Of a DNA stretch of 62,388 nt, positions 34,955-44,886 are shown piece after piece. The position numbers and the translations under genes are program-made. Location: positions 1-62,388 of the IMG/VR virus record IMGVR_UViG_3300010376_000037. One strand, written 5' to 3'. The DNA comes from a virus. Lineage: Duplodnaviria > Caudoviricetes. The notes under the pieces were generated by a model. That model searched no databases. It was not told the DNA's origin and was given only the letters and a program-made list of their open reading frames with translations. Within the stretch, counting starts at the first letter, position 1. Each line of letters begins with the position of its first letter.

Positions 34955-37535
34955 GCCGGCCGCCGGGAGCGTTCGCGCCGCCTGGGCCGTAGTTCATTTC
35001 CAGCTGGCCAGCCTCGCCGCCGAGGCGTGCGCCGAGCGCACGCAGGAACTGCATGGTCTCGGCGTGGTATCTTTGAGAGGCGCCCAGGCGCCGCATCAGG
35101 TCTTCGGCGATCGGGGCGCTGGCCGCCGCCTGCCCCAGCAGCTCGCGCAGCTCCACCCCTGGTATGTGGTACAGCAGGCGCAGCAGCCCTGGACCAAGCG
35201 CTATGCCACCGCCCTCTAGGCCAAGCAGCAGACCGATGCCGACCTCACCGTACTCGCCGAGCACCTTGCCGAGATAGGCGCCGGCAAGGCCGGCAGAGAT
35301 GTTGGTCAGAGGCGTGGCGAAAATCCGCAGCAGGCTCAGGTGTCCGCCCTTGATGAAGTGCGCGAAGGTCTCGCTGCCGGTGGTGGGGCGCGTCGTGAGG
35401 CTGCGCGCGCCGAGCCGCGATGCCTCGCCGATCGCATCGATCGCGCCCAGCTGGGCTGGCGTGAACAGGTTGCTGCTGATCAGCCAGTGGCGATTGCGAC
35501 CGATCCACTGATAGAGCTGGTTGAGGTCGCCTGGAGCAACGCCCTGCGCCAGCCGCTCGGTCCTGATCGGCATGATGGCGGCGTTGACGATGAAGTCGAC
35601 CATGCTCTGCCGCAGGTTGGTCGCGGCGGCATCCGCCGCATTGCCCAGGCCACTGCGGCCCATCGCGATGTACTGGTTGCGCATGTAGTCGAGACCGTCG
35701 ATGACCCGGGAAACACCGCCCGGCAGCCGCTCGCCTAGGAGGCCGGTGCTAGTTGGGCCGCCGAACGCGAACAACGAGCTGCCTGCGCCGCGCACGTCAG
35801 CGCCGGGCCTGATCAGCTTCTGGAACGGCTCCTGCCCGATCGTGCGCCACATCGTGCGGGTGAAGTTGCGCGCGTTCTGATAGGCCGCCTGGGCGGCCGG
35901 GCCGGCGGCCACCAGCGATGGATTGTTGGTGATCAGGTTGTCTAGCCGGTTGATGAACCGGCCAGCCAGCATGCGGACCTGCGGATCGCCGTCGGTGCGC
36001 GCCAGCACTTTCAATGGACTACTGACCATACTGTTGACGTCAGCCAGCGTGGCACCCGCTGGCATGTTGCTGAGCGTGTCGAGGATGTCGTTGAACTCCT
36101 TGTGCTTGTTTATGAGGTCGCGGAACGCCAGAGAAAGGGAGTCGCGGAACCGCTGAGCGCCCTGCTGCACGAACATCATATCCAGGTTGGTGGTGAAGAC
36201 TGGGTTGCTCCACAGACCGCGCTCGTAGTTCTTGAACACCTGCCACGTGTTTTGCAGCGCATTGGCGATGTGGGCCGAAGCCTGATCCGGCCACTGCAGG
36301 CCGCTGGCCAACTGGCCCCACCAGCGCGGCGTGGTCGCCTCGTTGAGCAGCGCACTCTGCTGGCCCTGCTTGAGCGCAAGGGCCGGACCCTGCTCAACCT
36401 GCGCCATCGTGCGTTCCATCTGGGCGAGGGCTGGGTTCCCCGTGGCGCCGCCAACCCCGAGCGGGAAGCCCTCGACCGGCGCCTGAGCGAAGGTCGGAGG
36501 CACACGCACGCCACCCGCGCCGCGCGGCAGCATCTCCTCCATCATCCCGGCGGCCTTCTGGCCGACCTGGGCACCGCGTGAGGCCGCACTGCCGACCAAC
36601 GGCAGGTAGGGTCGCAGCGAACCCCAGACGCCCTTCAGCGCCGACCCGACGATCGGCAGGGCCTGCAGACCAAGGCCCCACTCGGCGCCGACCCCGGCAC
36701 CCGCCAGCCGCTGCTGCAGGTCGCCCTCGGTCTCGCCGAAGCCGCCCAGCGCGCCGAGACCCACCCCCACCCCAAGGTTGCGGGCTCCGACGCCTGCGCG
36801 GAATGCCAGATTGGCGCCGGCTGGCGCGGTGCTGAACAGGCCGCCCAGCCCCTCGCGGGCGCCGTAGCCGGTGACGTTTACGCCCGGCCAGATCTGCGGG
36901 CCGGCGCCAGGGATCGGACGGATGCCACCACCCAGCGAACCGCCGATTCCGAGGATCGAGCCGACGGTCGACTCGACCGGGTATTGTTCGGCCTCGGCCG
37001 CGCGCTGCGCCTGATGCTCCTGCTGGATCTGCGTGTAGGCGTCAGGGAACGGGATGCCTCTGACCAGAGAGCGGTAGGCCGCTGCCGGGATCGGCGAGAT
37101 GAGGTCGTCGAACCCGTAGGTGATCTTGTGTGCGCCCCAGTCACTGACCGCGTTGGCCGCGTCGCCCGCAGTGCGTATCTGGTCCCACAGCGGCTGATAC
37201 CAGGGCTGGCTGGACATCGACGTGCCGGCGGCGGCCGCTGCCTTTGATGGCGGCGCAGGCGTGGCGGGAAGCCCAGCCTTCGGCGGCGCGATCGGCGACC
37301 GGTAGCTGCCGTCCGGCTGCCTGATCAGCCCACCAGCGGTGAACGGATCGAACGGCGCAGGCGTGGCGGGCGGCGCTGCGGGCGCCGTCTGGGCGGCCGG
37401 TGGCGGCGCTACCGGCGACCTGTAGCTGCCGTCCTTGTTCTTGATCAGGCCGCCTGCAACGAACGGATCGAACGGCTCATCCGTCGTTGCTGGAGCGGCG
37501 GCTGCTGCCGTACTGGTGAGAGCGTCGAGCGCCAT
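34923..37535 (-). CDS. Putative ejection/internal virion protein
   Basis: 870 aa, Gly/Ala-rich with hydrophobic stretches; last of three large genes after the tail hub. Confidence 0.7.
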   Translation of the reverse strand: MALDALTSTAAAAAPATTDEPFDPFVAGGLIKNKDGSYRSPVAPPPAAQTAPAAPPATPAPFDPFTAGGLIRQPDGSYRSPIAPPKAGLPATPAPPSKAAAAAGTSMSSQPWYQPLWDQIRTAGDAANAVSDWGAHKITYGFDDLISPIPAAAYRSLVRGIPFPDAYTQIQQEHQAQRAAEAEQYPVESTVGSILGIGGSLGGGIRPIPGAGPQIWPGVNVTGYGAREGLGGLFSTAPAGANLAFRAGVGARNLGVGVGLGALGGFGETEGDLQQRLAGAGVGAEWGLGLQALPIVGSALKGVWGSLRPYLPLVGSAASRGAQVGQKAAGMMEEMLPRGAGGVRVPPTFAQAPVEGFPLGVGGATGNPALAQMERTMAQVEQGPALALKQGQQSALLNEATTPRWWGQLASGLQWPDQASAHIANALQNTWQVFKNYERGLWSNPVFTTNLDMMFVQQGAQRFRDSLSLAFRDLINKHKEFNDILDTLSNMPAGATLADVNSMVSSPLKVLARTDGDPQVRMLAGRFINRLDNLITNNPSLVAAGPAAQAAYQNARNFTRTMWRTIGQEPFQKLIRPGADVRGAGSSLFAFGGPTSTGLLGERLPGGVSRVIDGLDYMRNQYIAMGRSGLGNAADAAATNLRQSMVDFIVNAAIMPIRTERLAQGVAPGDLNQLYQWIGRNRHWLISSNLFTPAQLGAIDAIGEASRLGARSLTTRPTTGSETFAHFIKGGHLSLLRIFATPLTNISAGLAGAYLGKVLGEYGEVGIGLLLGLEGGGIALGPGLLRLLYHIPGVELRELLGQAAASAPIAEDLMRRLGASQRYHAETMQFLRALGARLGGEAGQLEMNYGPGGANAPGGRLSAAPAPRAQ

Positions 37536-40502
37536 CTATGGGGCTTTCAGCGTAGTCGTCCAATTCGGAATGATGCGGCGCGCGATCCGCACCGCTTCGG
37601 CCTGCTGCTCGCGGCCCATCGGCCCATCGCCGAGCTGCTCGTTCCAGTTCCGGTCGCCGTTCATCACCCGGTAGGCGGCCTCGTAGACCTTCAGCGAGTG
37701 GATCGTGTCGCCCGCCGTGTATTCGGTGTTCACCTGCCGCTCGATCGGCTGGTAGGGCGTGCCGAGCGGGTCGTTGCGGTAGGCAATGCCTGCCTTGGTG
37801 ACCCGGTCGTTCATGTCCTGGTAGTAGTCGAGAGTGCGCTGGGCACCGACCATGGCGAAGTTGATCAGCTGGTCGGCGGTAGCCTTCTCCATATCGATGT
37901 TCACGCTGCCGGGCTTCATGAACTCAGACAGACCGATGCCGGTACGCACGCCTGGGAGCTGCGCCTCCTGCTGGGTCAGCACGCGGATCGACTGCTTGAT
38001 GAACTCTTGGCGCTGCGCCTCGTTCTTGAAGTCGGTGCTGAGCCATTTGTCGGCCCAGCTCTTCATGCCCGGGTTATTCTGCAGGATGGTGCTAGCCAGC
38101 TTGTAGGCCGAAGCGCGGAACTCACCGCCCGTGCCGAAGCCGCCGGGGCCGATCTGCTCCGCCGAGTAGTGCATGTTGCGGTAGGTCTGCAGCGTGTCGC
38201 CTGCGCGCGCGGCATCGGTGCCAGCCACCTCGACGGCTTTATTGTCCGTGTCGATGTAGTGCCGCACCAGTTCGGAAATGCCGGGCGCGAACTGTGGTGT
38301 TGGGTTGTAGCCGGGCGGCAATCCGTACTGCGGTGCCCCGGCTGTCTGTACGCCGCCGGGTGGCGGTACAGACGGCACCTGGGCCGGGCGCGGTGCGGGC
38401 TCTGGTGGCGCCACGCCCATCGCGATGTCGCGCGACGACAGGATGTTCTGGCCGTAGTTGTCGATCGCGCGCTGGGCGAACTGCCCCGCCGTTACCCCCC
38501 GCATGTCGGGATTGACCGCCGCCTCTTTCGGGAAGGCGGCCGCCATCATCGCGTTCTGCGGCAAGTTGCGCAGCTGCTGGAAGCCCTCGGCGCCGAGCCG
38601 GTGCGACAGGAAAAGATTCGCCGCACTGGCCGGCTGACCCCGGGCTTCCAGGGCGCGCGCGTTGTTGCCGGTGAACGTCCGCAGCATCTTGAACTCTTCA
38701 TCCGGCGTGAACTTGTGCGCGTTGATCTGCGCGTTGGTCATGCCGGCGACGACCTGGGGCAGCGCCTCGCGCGCCACGTCCGGCCGGGTAGCCGGGTGGA
38801 ACTGGTACGGCCCTGAGGCTCCGGTGAACCGGTTTGGCGTGCCTGTGTCGCCGCCTTCCATCGGCTGCAGCTTGCTGGCGTAGGCAGTGAACGCGCCGCT
38901 GGGCACCGGCCCGGCGGGCGCCGCCTCGCTCCTCTTCCCTGGCGCTGCCGCGCCGCCGCCAGGGGCGCCACCGCCGGGAGGAGTGCCACCACCGTCCGGG
39001 GCGTTGAATCCTGGCGCACCTGGGAGCTGCGTACCTGGGAAGGTCTGGAACGGGAAGGTAGGGACGCGGGTGCCGGTTCCGGGCGCGCCGGGCGCGCTCG
39101 TCGGCATATGCTCCTGCAGCCACTGCCATGCCGCGTTCGGATCGACGATGTACCTGTTCTGGGTGGCGTCCCAGACCCGCTTGTTGTAGGCGGCCTCGTA
39201 CTGATCCATCCGCATGACTTCTTCCGGTGGCGAGTTCATGCGTTTGATCGACGGCTGCATCCACGGATTGTTGTAGAGACGGTTGTATTGCCCGAGGCTG
39301 ATCAGCCCCGAGAGGTAGGCGGTGCTGACCGCCTGCTTCCAGTCAGCATCGCTGTGCACGTTCTCCAGCAGGCGCAGCACGGCGTTGTTGTGCTGCTCGG
39401 TCAGCCAGCGCGCCGCGCCGGCCGGATCGCCACCACCCGGCAAGCCGCCCATGCGTGGCATCGCCATCTGCTGGAACCACATGTCCATGGTCTTCGGCAC
39501 GACCATGCCGACCGCCGGCTCCCAGATGCCCGCGCTAGAGGCGGTGGTATCCGGGTTGCCCTGGCCCGCTTGCTGCTGCAGCTGCGTCGATCCTTGAGGC
39601 GGCGTCAGTGGGAAGCCTTGCTGCTCCATCTGCCGCCGCAGTTGCGGCGGGAACTGCAGCGACGGCGGTAGCGCGCCACCCTGGGGTCCGGCCGGCCCCA
39701 CCTCGCCCTCCCGCGCCGGCACCGGCAGCGTCGGCTGGATGTCGCGCGGCGGCGGCGGTCCCGACGGCATCCCAGGCTGGTAGGGCGGCACCAACTGGAT
39801 CGGCGCACCTGTGCCGGCCCCACCGGGAGCCGTGCGCGGCCCGGTCGTCGTAGCGCCCAGCGTCGGCTGCGAGGTCGATGCACCAAGGAACATCGATGGC
39901 GCTATGCCGGCCGGCATCGGTGCCGCAGGCCTGCCCGCGACGGGCTGAGCGGTTGTGGCGCCGAGGAAGATCGAATCGCCGCCCGGCATGCGCGCCAGGG
40001 TGTCGGCCCCTGGAGTAGGCGTCGCCGCTGCCATCTGGGCTGGCTGACTCATGCCGGACAGCATCGAGCTGGCGGCCACGCGCGGGCCAAGCCATGCGTA
40101 GTTGAGGCTGGGGTCGGTGGGCAGTGACCCGGTGAGCCCACTGACCGGCGTCGACGGGCCGGGCCCGGTGGCTGGACCACCTCCGCCGCCTGGGGCAGCG
40201 GGAGGGGCTGGAGCGCCGCCCGCGCCTGGGGGTTGCGTTCCTGGCTCCGCGCCACCTGGGTTCAGCTCGGACTGAGGCGCCATCCCGGAGTTGCTACCGG
40301 TCAGCCCGGCCCGAGTGTTCAAGAAGGACTGGCCCAGCAGGTAGGCCATCTGCGCGTCGACCAGCTCTTTCGTGGTCTGCGCCTGGGCCAGCCCGGTCTG
40401 CGCTCCGATAAACGGCAGCCGCGCCTGGGAGATGAACAGGTCAGCCTGCCGCTGCGGCGCGCCCGCGATGTATTCGTTCCAGCGGAGTGGAAGGTCGCTC
40501 AT
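37536..40502 (-). CDS. Putative ejection protein with lysozyme/transglycosylase-like domain
   Basis: MEGG..NRFTGASGPYQF..LFLSHRLGAEG..VNP. Confidence 0.7.
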   Translation of the reverse strand: MSDLPLRWNEYIAGAPQRQADLFISQARLPFIGAQTGLAQAQTTKELVDAQMAYLLGQSFLNTRAGLTGSNSGMAPQSELNPGGAEPGTQPPGAGGAPAPPAAPGGGGGPATGPGPSTPVSGLTGSLPTDPSLNYAWLGPRVAASSMLSGMSQPAQMAAATPTPGADTLARMPGGDSIFLGATTAQPVAGRPAAPMPAGIAPSMFLGASTSQPTLGATTTGPRTAPGGAGTGAPIQLVPPYQPGMPSGPPPPRDIQPTLPVPAREGEVGPAGPQGGALPPSLQFPPQLRRQMEQQGFPLTPPQGSTQLQQQAGQGNPDTTASSAGIWEPAVGMVVPKTMDMWFQQMAMPRMGGLPGGGDPAGAARWLTEQHNNAVLRLLENVHSDADWKQAVSTAYLSGLISLGQYNRLYNNPWMQPSIKRMNSPPEEVMRMDQYEAAYNKRVWDATQNRYIVDPNAAWQWLQEHMPTSAPGAPGTGTRVPTFPFQTFPGTQLPGAPGFNAPDGGGTPPGGGAPGGGAAAPGKRSEAAPAGPVPSGAFTAYASKLQPMEGGDTGTPNRFTGASGPYQFHPATRPDVAREALPQVVAGMTNAQINAHKFTPDEEFKMLRTFTGNNARALEARGQPASAANLFLSHRLGAEGFQQLRNLPQNAMMAAAFPKEAAVNPDMRGVTAGQFAQRAIDNYGQNILSSRDIAMGVAPPEPAPRPAQVPSVPPPGGVQTAGAPQYGLPPGYNPTPQFAPGISELVRHYIDTDNKAVEVAGTDAARAGDTLQTYRNMHYSAEQIGPGGFGTGGEFRASAYKLASTILQNNPGMKSWADKWLSTDFKNEAQRQEFIKQSIRVLTQQEAQLPGVRTGIGLSEFMKPGSVNIDMEKATADQLINFAMVGAQRTLDYYQDMNDRVTKAGIAYRNDPLGTPYQPIERQVNTEYTAGDTIHSLKVYEAAYRVMNGDRNWNEQLGDGPMGREQQAEAVRIARRIIPNWTTTLKAP

Positions 40503-41312
40503 CTAGTAGGTCGCCCCCAGCCCTGAGTTGAAGTTGCCGGCTGGCATCGGCGCCGGGCTGCTGCCGTAGAACGTGCCGCCATACGGGCTGTTGGTGATCG
40601 TCGAGGGCCACGTGGACGGGCCGCCGCCCCCGCCGTAGCTGCTGCCGCTCTGGGCAAGCGAAGCGGCCGCCCCGTAGGGCCCGTAGCCGGAGAGGTTCTG
40701 CACCAGCCCGCCCAGGCTGCCGAGGATGTTGGCGCCCATCGCGTAGGGCGCCGCCGCGGCGTTGGCGTTGGCGTTGGCGAGGCCGGCGGTGGCCGGGTTC
40801 ATGACGTTGGCGATATTGGCGCCGATGTTGCCGAGGTTGCCCGCTGTGCTGGCGCCGAGCCCCGAGAGGCTATTCAGCGCCGAGATGTACTGCATGAAGT
40901 TCGAGCTGGCGTAGCCGCCGGCCATCCTGCCGAGGTCGCCGAGCTGCCCGAGCGACAGCGACGTCCCCTTGGCCGCCGCCTGCCGGTTCATGGTGTCGAC
41001 GTTCTGTCGCAGCGGGAAGGTATAGTACGGCGTCTGGGTGAACTGATTGAAGCTGGCAAGCGCGCCGCTACCAGCGGGGCCACCACCGCCCGGCAGCCCG
41101 AGGAACGTCTCCATGCCCTGCAGCGCCTGCTGGCCGCCGGAGATCCACGGCTGCAGGTTGGTCTGCGCGGTGCTGTAGACGCCCTGGTCGAACTGGAGTT
41201 GCCTGTTGTAGGCATCCGCCTGCGCCTTGGCCGCCTTGCCGGCACCGATGCCGCCCAGGATGCCGCTGCCGACGCTTGCGACGGCACCCGCTGCTACAGC
41301 AGTGAATGCCAT
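40503..41312 (-). CDS. DNA transfer/ejection protein (P22 gp7-like)
   Basis: Gly/Ala N-terminus, AAKAQADA..NLQPWISGGQQAL..FTQTPYYTF. Confidence 0.72.
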   Translation of the reverse strand: MAFTAVAAGAVASVGSGILGGIGAGKAAKAQADAYNRQLQFDQGVYSTAQTNLQPWISGGQQALQGMETFLGLPGGGGPAGSGALASFNQFTQTPYYTFPLRQNVDTMNRQAAAKGTSLSLGQLGDLGRMAGGYASSNFMQYISALNSLSGLGASTAGNLGNIGANIANVMNPATAGLANANANAAAAPYAMGANILGSLGGLVQNLSGYGPYGAAASLAQSGSSYGGGGGPSTWPSTITNSPYGGTFYGSSPAPMPAGNFNSGLGATY

Positions 41313-41848
41313 CAGCTGATCCTCTTCTTCCAGACGGTTTCGATCGCGCGATAGCCCATGAAGCGGAACAGCGGCCCGAGGTCGGAGCGCCCGCGTCCTG
41401 GTCGCACGTGCAGCTTGGTGCGCCCGATCATCTCGTCGACGCCGCGCTCGCGCAGCAGCCGCTCGGCGTTGTGGAACAGCCGCGCCCCGACCCAGCCGCG
41501 CCGCTCGGCGGGATCGAGGTAGAACACGTCGCTCTCGGCGACCAGCTGGTCGTAGTGCAGGTGCGGAAGGATGAAGTAGACCGCATAGCCGACCGCGGTG
41601 GCGCCCTTGCGGGCCACCACGCAGACCTCAAGCCCACTTTGCTCCAGCTTCTCGTAGAGGCTCCAGTTGACCTCCAGCGGCACCGAGAGGTCGGCCGAGG
41701 CCTCACGGTAGTGGCCCTCGAACAGCTCGCCCGCTTCGTAGCGCAGCCAGCTGAAGCGCTCCTCGCGGAAGGTGATGCCGTCGTACCATTCCAGCAGCCT
41801 GGGTGGCGGCGGCGGTGCGGTGGCTTTGGCTTGCAGGGCGAACGACAT
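41312..41848 (-). CDS. GNAT-family acetyltransferase
   Basis: VGYAVYF..HLHY..ESDVFYLDPAERRGWVGARLF..LFRFMGY. Confidence 0.8.
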   Translation of the reverse strand: MSFALQAKATAPPPPPRLLEWYDGITFREERFSWLRYEAGELFEGHYREASADLSVPLEVNWSLYEKLEQSGLEVCVVARKGATAVGYAVYFILPHLHYDQLVAESDVFYLDPAERRGWVGARLFHNAERLLRERGVDEMIGRTKLHVRPGRGRSDLGPLFRFMGYRAIETVWKKRIS

Positions 41849-41900
41849 CGGTCCCGATCCTCGCGGGTTCCGGGCCGTTCCTATGCCCTGGGCGAAACTA

Positions 41901-42563
41901 CTACCCGCCGACGTACCACGCTATCAAGCTGCCATACGCGTTGATCGTCCCCGGCGTGTCGATCAAGACGTTTAAGTACAGGTTGCTGGTGGTCGAGAAG
42001 GTGAGCATCTGCACCACGGTGCCGAGGGTCAGGTCGCTGCCCAGCGTGCTCGGATTGGTCGCCGTCGCCAGGGTCCAGAAGGCGCCCGGCGCCGTCTCCA
42101 TCGTCCCGCTGGTGGGGCCGGCGGAGATCTGCGCCTTGTTCACGATCGCCGAGCCGGTCAGGTAGACGGTGGCGAATACGACGAAATTGCCGCCGAGCGA
42201 CGGAATCGAGACCACTTCGGTGACGGTGTTGGTCGGCACGGTGACCGAGGAGGCGCTGTCGCGGGTGGCCTGGGTGGGTTGCTGGACGTGCGCGGCGTTG
42301 GCCACCGCGAGCGCGTTGGCGGCGACCGCCGCGGCCGAGGTCAGCGCCGGAACGATGGTGCCGAGCTGGTTGTTGATCGTGGTGATCGCGTTGGCGTTGT
42401 TGGTGATGTTCTGCTGGTTCTGCTGCGCGGTGCCTGAGGTCAGGCCCGCAGCCGATCCGAGGCGTTCGAGGAACTGCTGGAACTCCGGGCTCGCGAACAC
42501 CCCGGTGCCATCCTGCGAGTAGGCCAACGGCCGGTCGGCATAGGGGATCGTCGTGCCGCTCAT
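41901..42563 (-). CDS. Virion protein with coiled coil (possibly tail needle-like)
   Basis: QQNQQNITNNANAITTINNQL heptads; position after the hub genes. Confidence 0.6.
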   Translation of the reverse strand: MSGTTIPYADRPLAYSQDGTGVFASPEFQQFLERLGSAAGLTSGTAQQNQQNITNNANAITTINNQLGTIVPALTSAAAVAANALAVANAAHVQQPTQATRDSASSVTVPTNTVTEVVSIPSLGGNFVVFATVYLTGSAIVNKAQISAGPTSGTMETAPGAFWTLATATNPSTLGSDLTLGTVVQMLTFSTTSNLYLNVLIDTPGTINAYGSLIAWYVGG

Positions 42564-43147
42564 CAGCCAAGCCCATGCTCAGTGTCGAGGTAGAAGCCGA
42601 TGATATTGCGGCGCACCGGGTCGGTGCATTCGAGGCGGATCATGCGCTCCCTGGACTGGCCCATTTTCTGCCAGCGCAGCCGGGTGAGGTACTCGCCGAG
42701 CGCGCCGATCGAGCGCGGCTTCACCAGCGTGCTCCAGGTGCGGCCGCCGTCATCGCTGACGGACAGGCGCCACTCCGGGTTGGCCGCCGGCCCGGCCGCC
42801 TCGGTCACGTAGTATGGCGTGCAGCCGGGACCGCTAGCCGCCGCCAGGGGGTCACTGATGGCGAAGGGGCCACCGCTGCCCTGGTTCTGCGCGAACACCT
42901 CGGGCGCGCCTGTGGTGGAGAGGTAGACGGGCGGTGTGACACCACTGAACGCCAGTGCTCCATTCGGCCCCATCCAGGCCGGCGTGGCGCCGGCGCTGAC
43001 GAAGCGGCGGCGGGCGTTGGCGTCGGTGAAGTCGACGAAGCCGACAGTCTGCGAGAACAGCAGCTCGGCGTCGGTGAGGGTCGCCGTTGGCTCGATGGGG
43101 TCCGACGCGAGCAGCGTCTCCATCGTGTAGGCGAGTACGACCGCCAT
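42563..43147 (-). CDS. Stand-alone gp10-like C-terminal module (194 aa)
   Basis: RLSVSDDGGRTWS..IGALGEYLTRLRWQKMGQSRER..TDPV. Confidence 0.72.
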   Translation of the reverse strand: MAVVLAYTMETLLASDPIEPTATLTDAELLFSQTVGFVDFTDANARRRFVSAGATPAWMGPNGALAFSGVTPPVYLSTTGAPEVFAQNQGSGGPFAISDPLAAASGPGCTPYYVTEAAGPAANPEWRLSVSDDGGRTWSTLVKPRSIGALGEYLTRLRWQKMGQSRERMIRLECTDPVRRNIIGFYLDTEHGLG

Positions 43148-44886
43148 CAGCCCATGCCCTGCTCGGTATCGATGTAGATACCGATGATGTTGCGCCGGAC
43201 CGGGTCGGTGCATTCCAGCTTCATGCTGCGCTGGCGGAAGTGACCCATCTTCAGCCAGCGCAGGCGCTGCCGGTAGTCCCCGGTCGTGCCGACCTCTCTT
43301 GGCTTCACCAGCGTCGACCACGTGCGCGACCCGTCATCGCTGACCGAGAGGCGCCACATCGGATTGGATACGGGGCCGGCTACCTCGGTGATCACGTAAT
43401 CGGTGCAGCCTGGGCCGTCCGCTGCACCGAGCGTGCCGCTCGGCGCGAACGCGCCGCCGTCGCCGTTGTTGGCCGCGAAGTCGGCCGGCGCCCCCACCGT
43501 GCTGAGATAGACCGGCGGCGTGTTGCCGCTGAACGCCAGCGCGCCGTTGGTGCCCATCCATTGCGGCGTCGCGGTCGATGCGACGAACAGGCGGCGGTTG
43601 ACGGCGCTGTTGAAGTCGACGAAGCCGATAGTGGGACTGAACACCAGCTCCGCGTCGGTGAGAGCGGCCGCGGGAGCGGCGGCGACAATGCTGATGCTGA
43701 TCGTCCCGTAACAGTAGCCGTTTCGCTGAACGGCGCCGCTCGTACCCTCGCCAAAGCCGCCCCCGGCCCCGCCACCACCGCCTGCCTGCGTATACCCCTT
43801 TGGCGGATCGTTGTTGTAGGGCACGCTACCGTAGTCATCCGCAGCGCCCCATCTGTAAAAAATTACCGGCGACACCAGCTGATCAGACACCGTCGTGGTC
43901 ATGTTCATGCGCGGCGGCAGCGTGTTCGTCGTGAACATCTGGATCGCGCCAGCAATGCCAAGCGTCGGATTGTTGATATCGGCCAGCCCGTAATAGTTCT
44001 GCGCCATTGCGAATGTTTCATAGGGGTGCGGGTTCATCGAGCCAGGATGAAAATCGTCTTCGTAGTAGGGATATGTCACCGTGAATGTCGCTGACGGCAG
44101 CACCGATGGTGCCGGCGCATACCATAGCTCGCAGTTCACCGTGTTGTAGTTGTACCAGAGATGGATGAGGTCGTAGACCAGCTGATGGAAGACCAGTGTG
44201 CCAAGTTTGGTGAATGTTAGACCGGAGTATGTGACGCTGGTGGTGGCGATCGGCGGCAGGTAACCCGGCGCATCGTAGGCACCCCACGTCAGATTATCGG
44301 CGGTCGTCCAAAGATACACGCCGGTATTGGGTCGCGTCGTCTGGAACGAGAACGTTACGTTCTGGTGATCCGAGCCGCTGACCTGCGTTCCGAAGGCGCC
44401 AGCAGCATAATCAAGTCGCGGCATCTGGGTGGCGCCTGCCAGGACGACACCCGCGCAGGCCTCACCGTTGACCTCTCCGTTCGGCGTCCCCGCGGTGAAA
44501 TAGAATAGCGGCGTGTATGGCCTTGCCACGCCGGGGTCTTCGGTGATCGTGGCAAACACCTGATAGCTGTCGGTCGTGCTGGGGCCGCCGTCATGATGAT
44601 AGGCAATGCGCCCGTCATGCACGTCCTGCTGGGTAAACTGGCTGGTTGATGCGCCGTCCTTCAGCAACGCGCCATGCGCGGGTGGCGTAGTCACCGTGTA
44701 AAGGATGTGGGCGTCCGTCAGATCGGATTGATGTATACCGGTGGTGTGCCAGGACATAGCACTCAGCGGCAAGGTATAGAGCCAGCCGGTGGCAATGGTG
44801 AAGCTACCGCCGACGACGAGGACCGGATCATCCGAAGCGCTACGCGGCGCAGGCACGTCCCGCCGGGTCGGGATTCTCTCCGACAT
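43147..44886 (-). CDS. CSPG/cadherin-like repeat protein fused to a second gp10-like C-terminal module
   Basis: YTVTTPPAHGAL..FTQQDVHDGRIAYHHDG; C-terminal SDDGSRTWS..GDYRQRLRWLKMG. Confidence 0.72.
   Translation of the reverse strand: MSERIPTRRDVPAPRSASDDPVLVVGGSFTIATGWLYTLPLSAMSWHTTGIHQSDLTDAHILYTVTTPPAHGALLKDGASTSQFTQQDVHDGRIAYHHDGGPSTTDSYQVFATITEDPGVARPYTPLFYFTAGTPNGEVNGEACAGVVLAGATQMPRLDYAAGAFGTQVSGSDHQNVTFSFQTTRPNTGVYLWTTADNLTWGAYDAPGYLPPIATTSVTYSGLTFTKLGTLVFHQLVYDLIHLWYNYNTVNCELWYAPAPSVLPSATFTVTYPYYEDDFHPGSMNPHPYETFAMAQNYYGLADINNPTLGIAGAIQMFTTNTLPPRMNMTTTVSDQLVSPVIFYRWGAADDYGSVPYNNDPPKGYTQAGGGGGAGGGFGEGTSGAVQRNGYCYGTISISIVAAAPAAALTDAELVFSPTIGFVDFNSAVNRRLFVASTATPQWMGTNGALAFSGNTPPVYLSTVGAPADFAANNGDGGAFAPSGTLGAADGPGCTDYVITEVAGPVSNPMWRLSVSDDGSRTWSTLVKPREVGTTGDYRQRLRWLKMGHFRQRSMKLECTDPVRRNIIGIYIDTEQGMG

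Noticed and set aside
42563-43663. Diversity-generating retroelement template/variable repeat pair
   Set aside because: Both copies are coding, differences look codon-like rather than adenine-specific, and no reverse transcriptase was seen.
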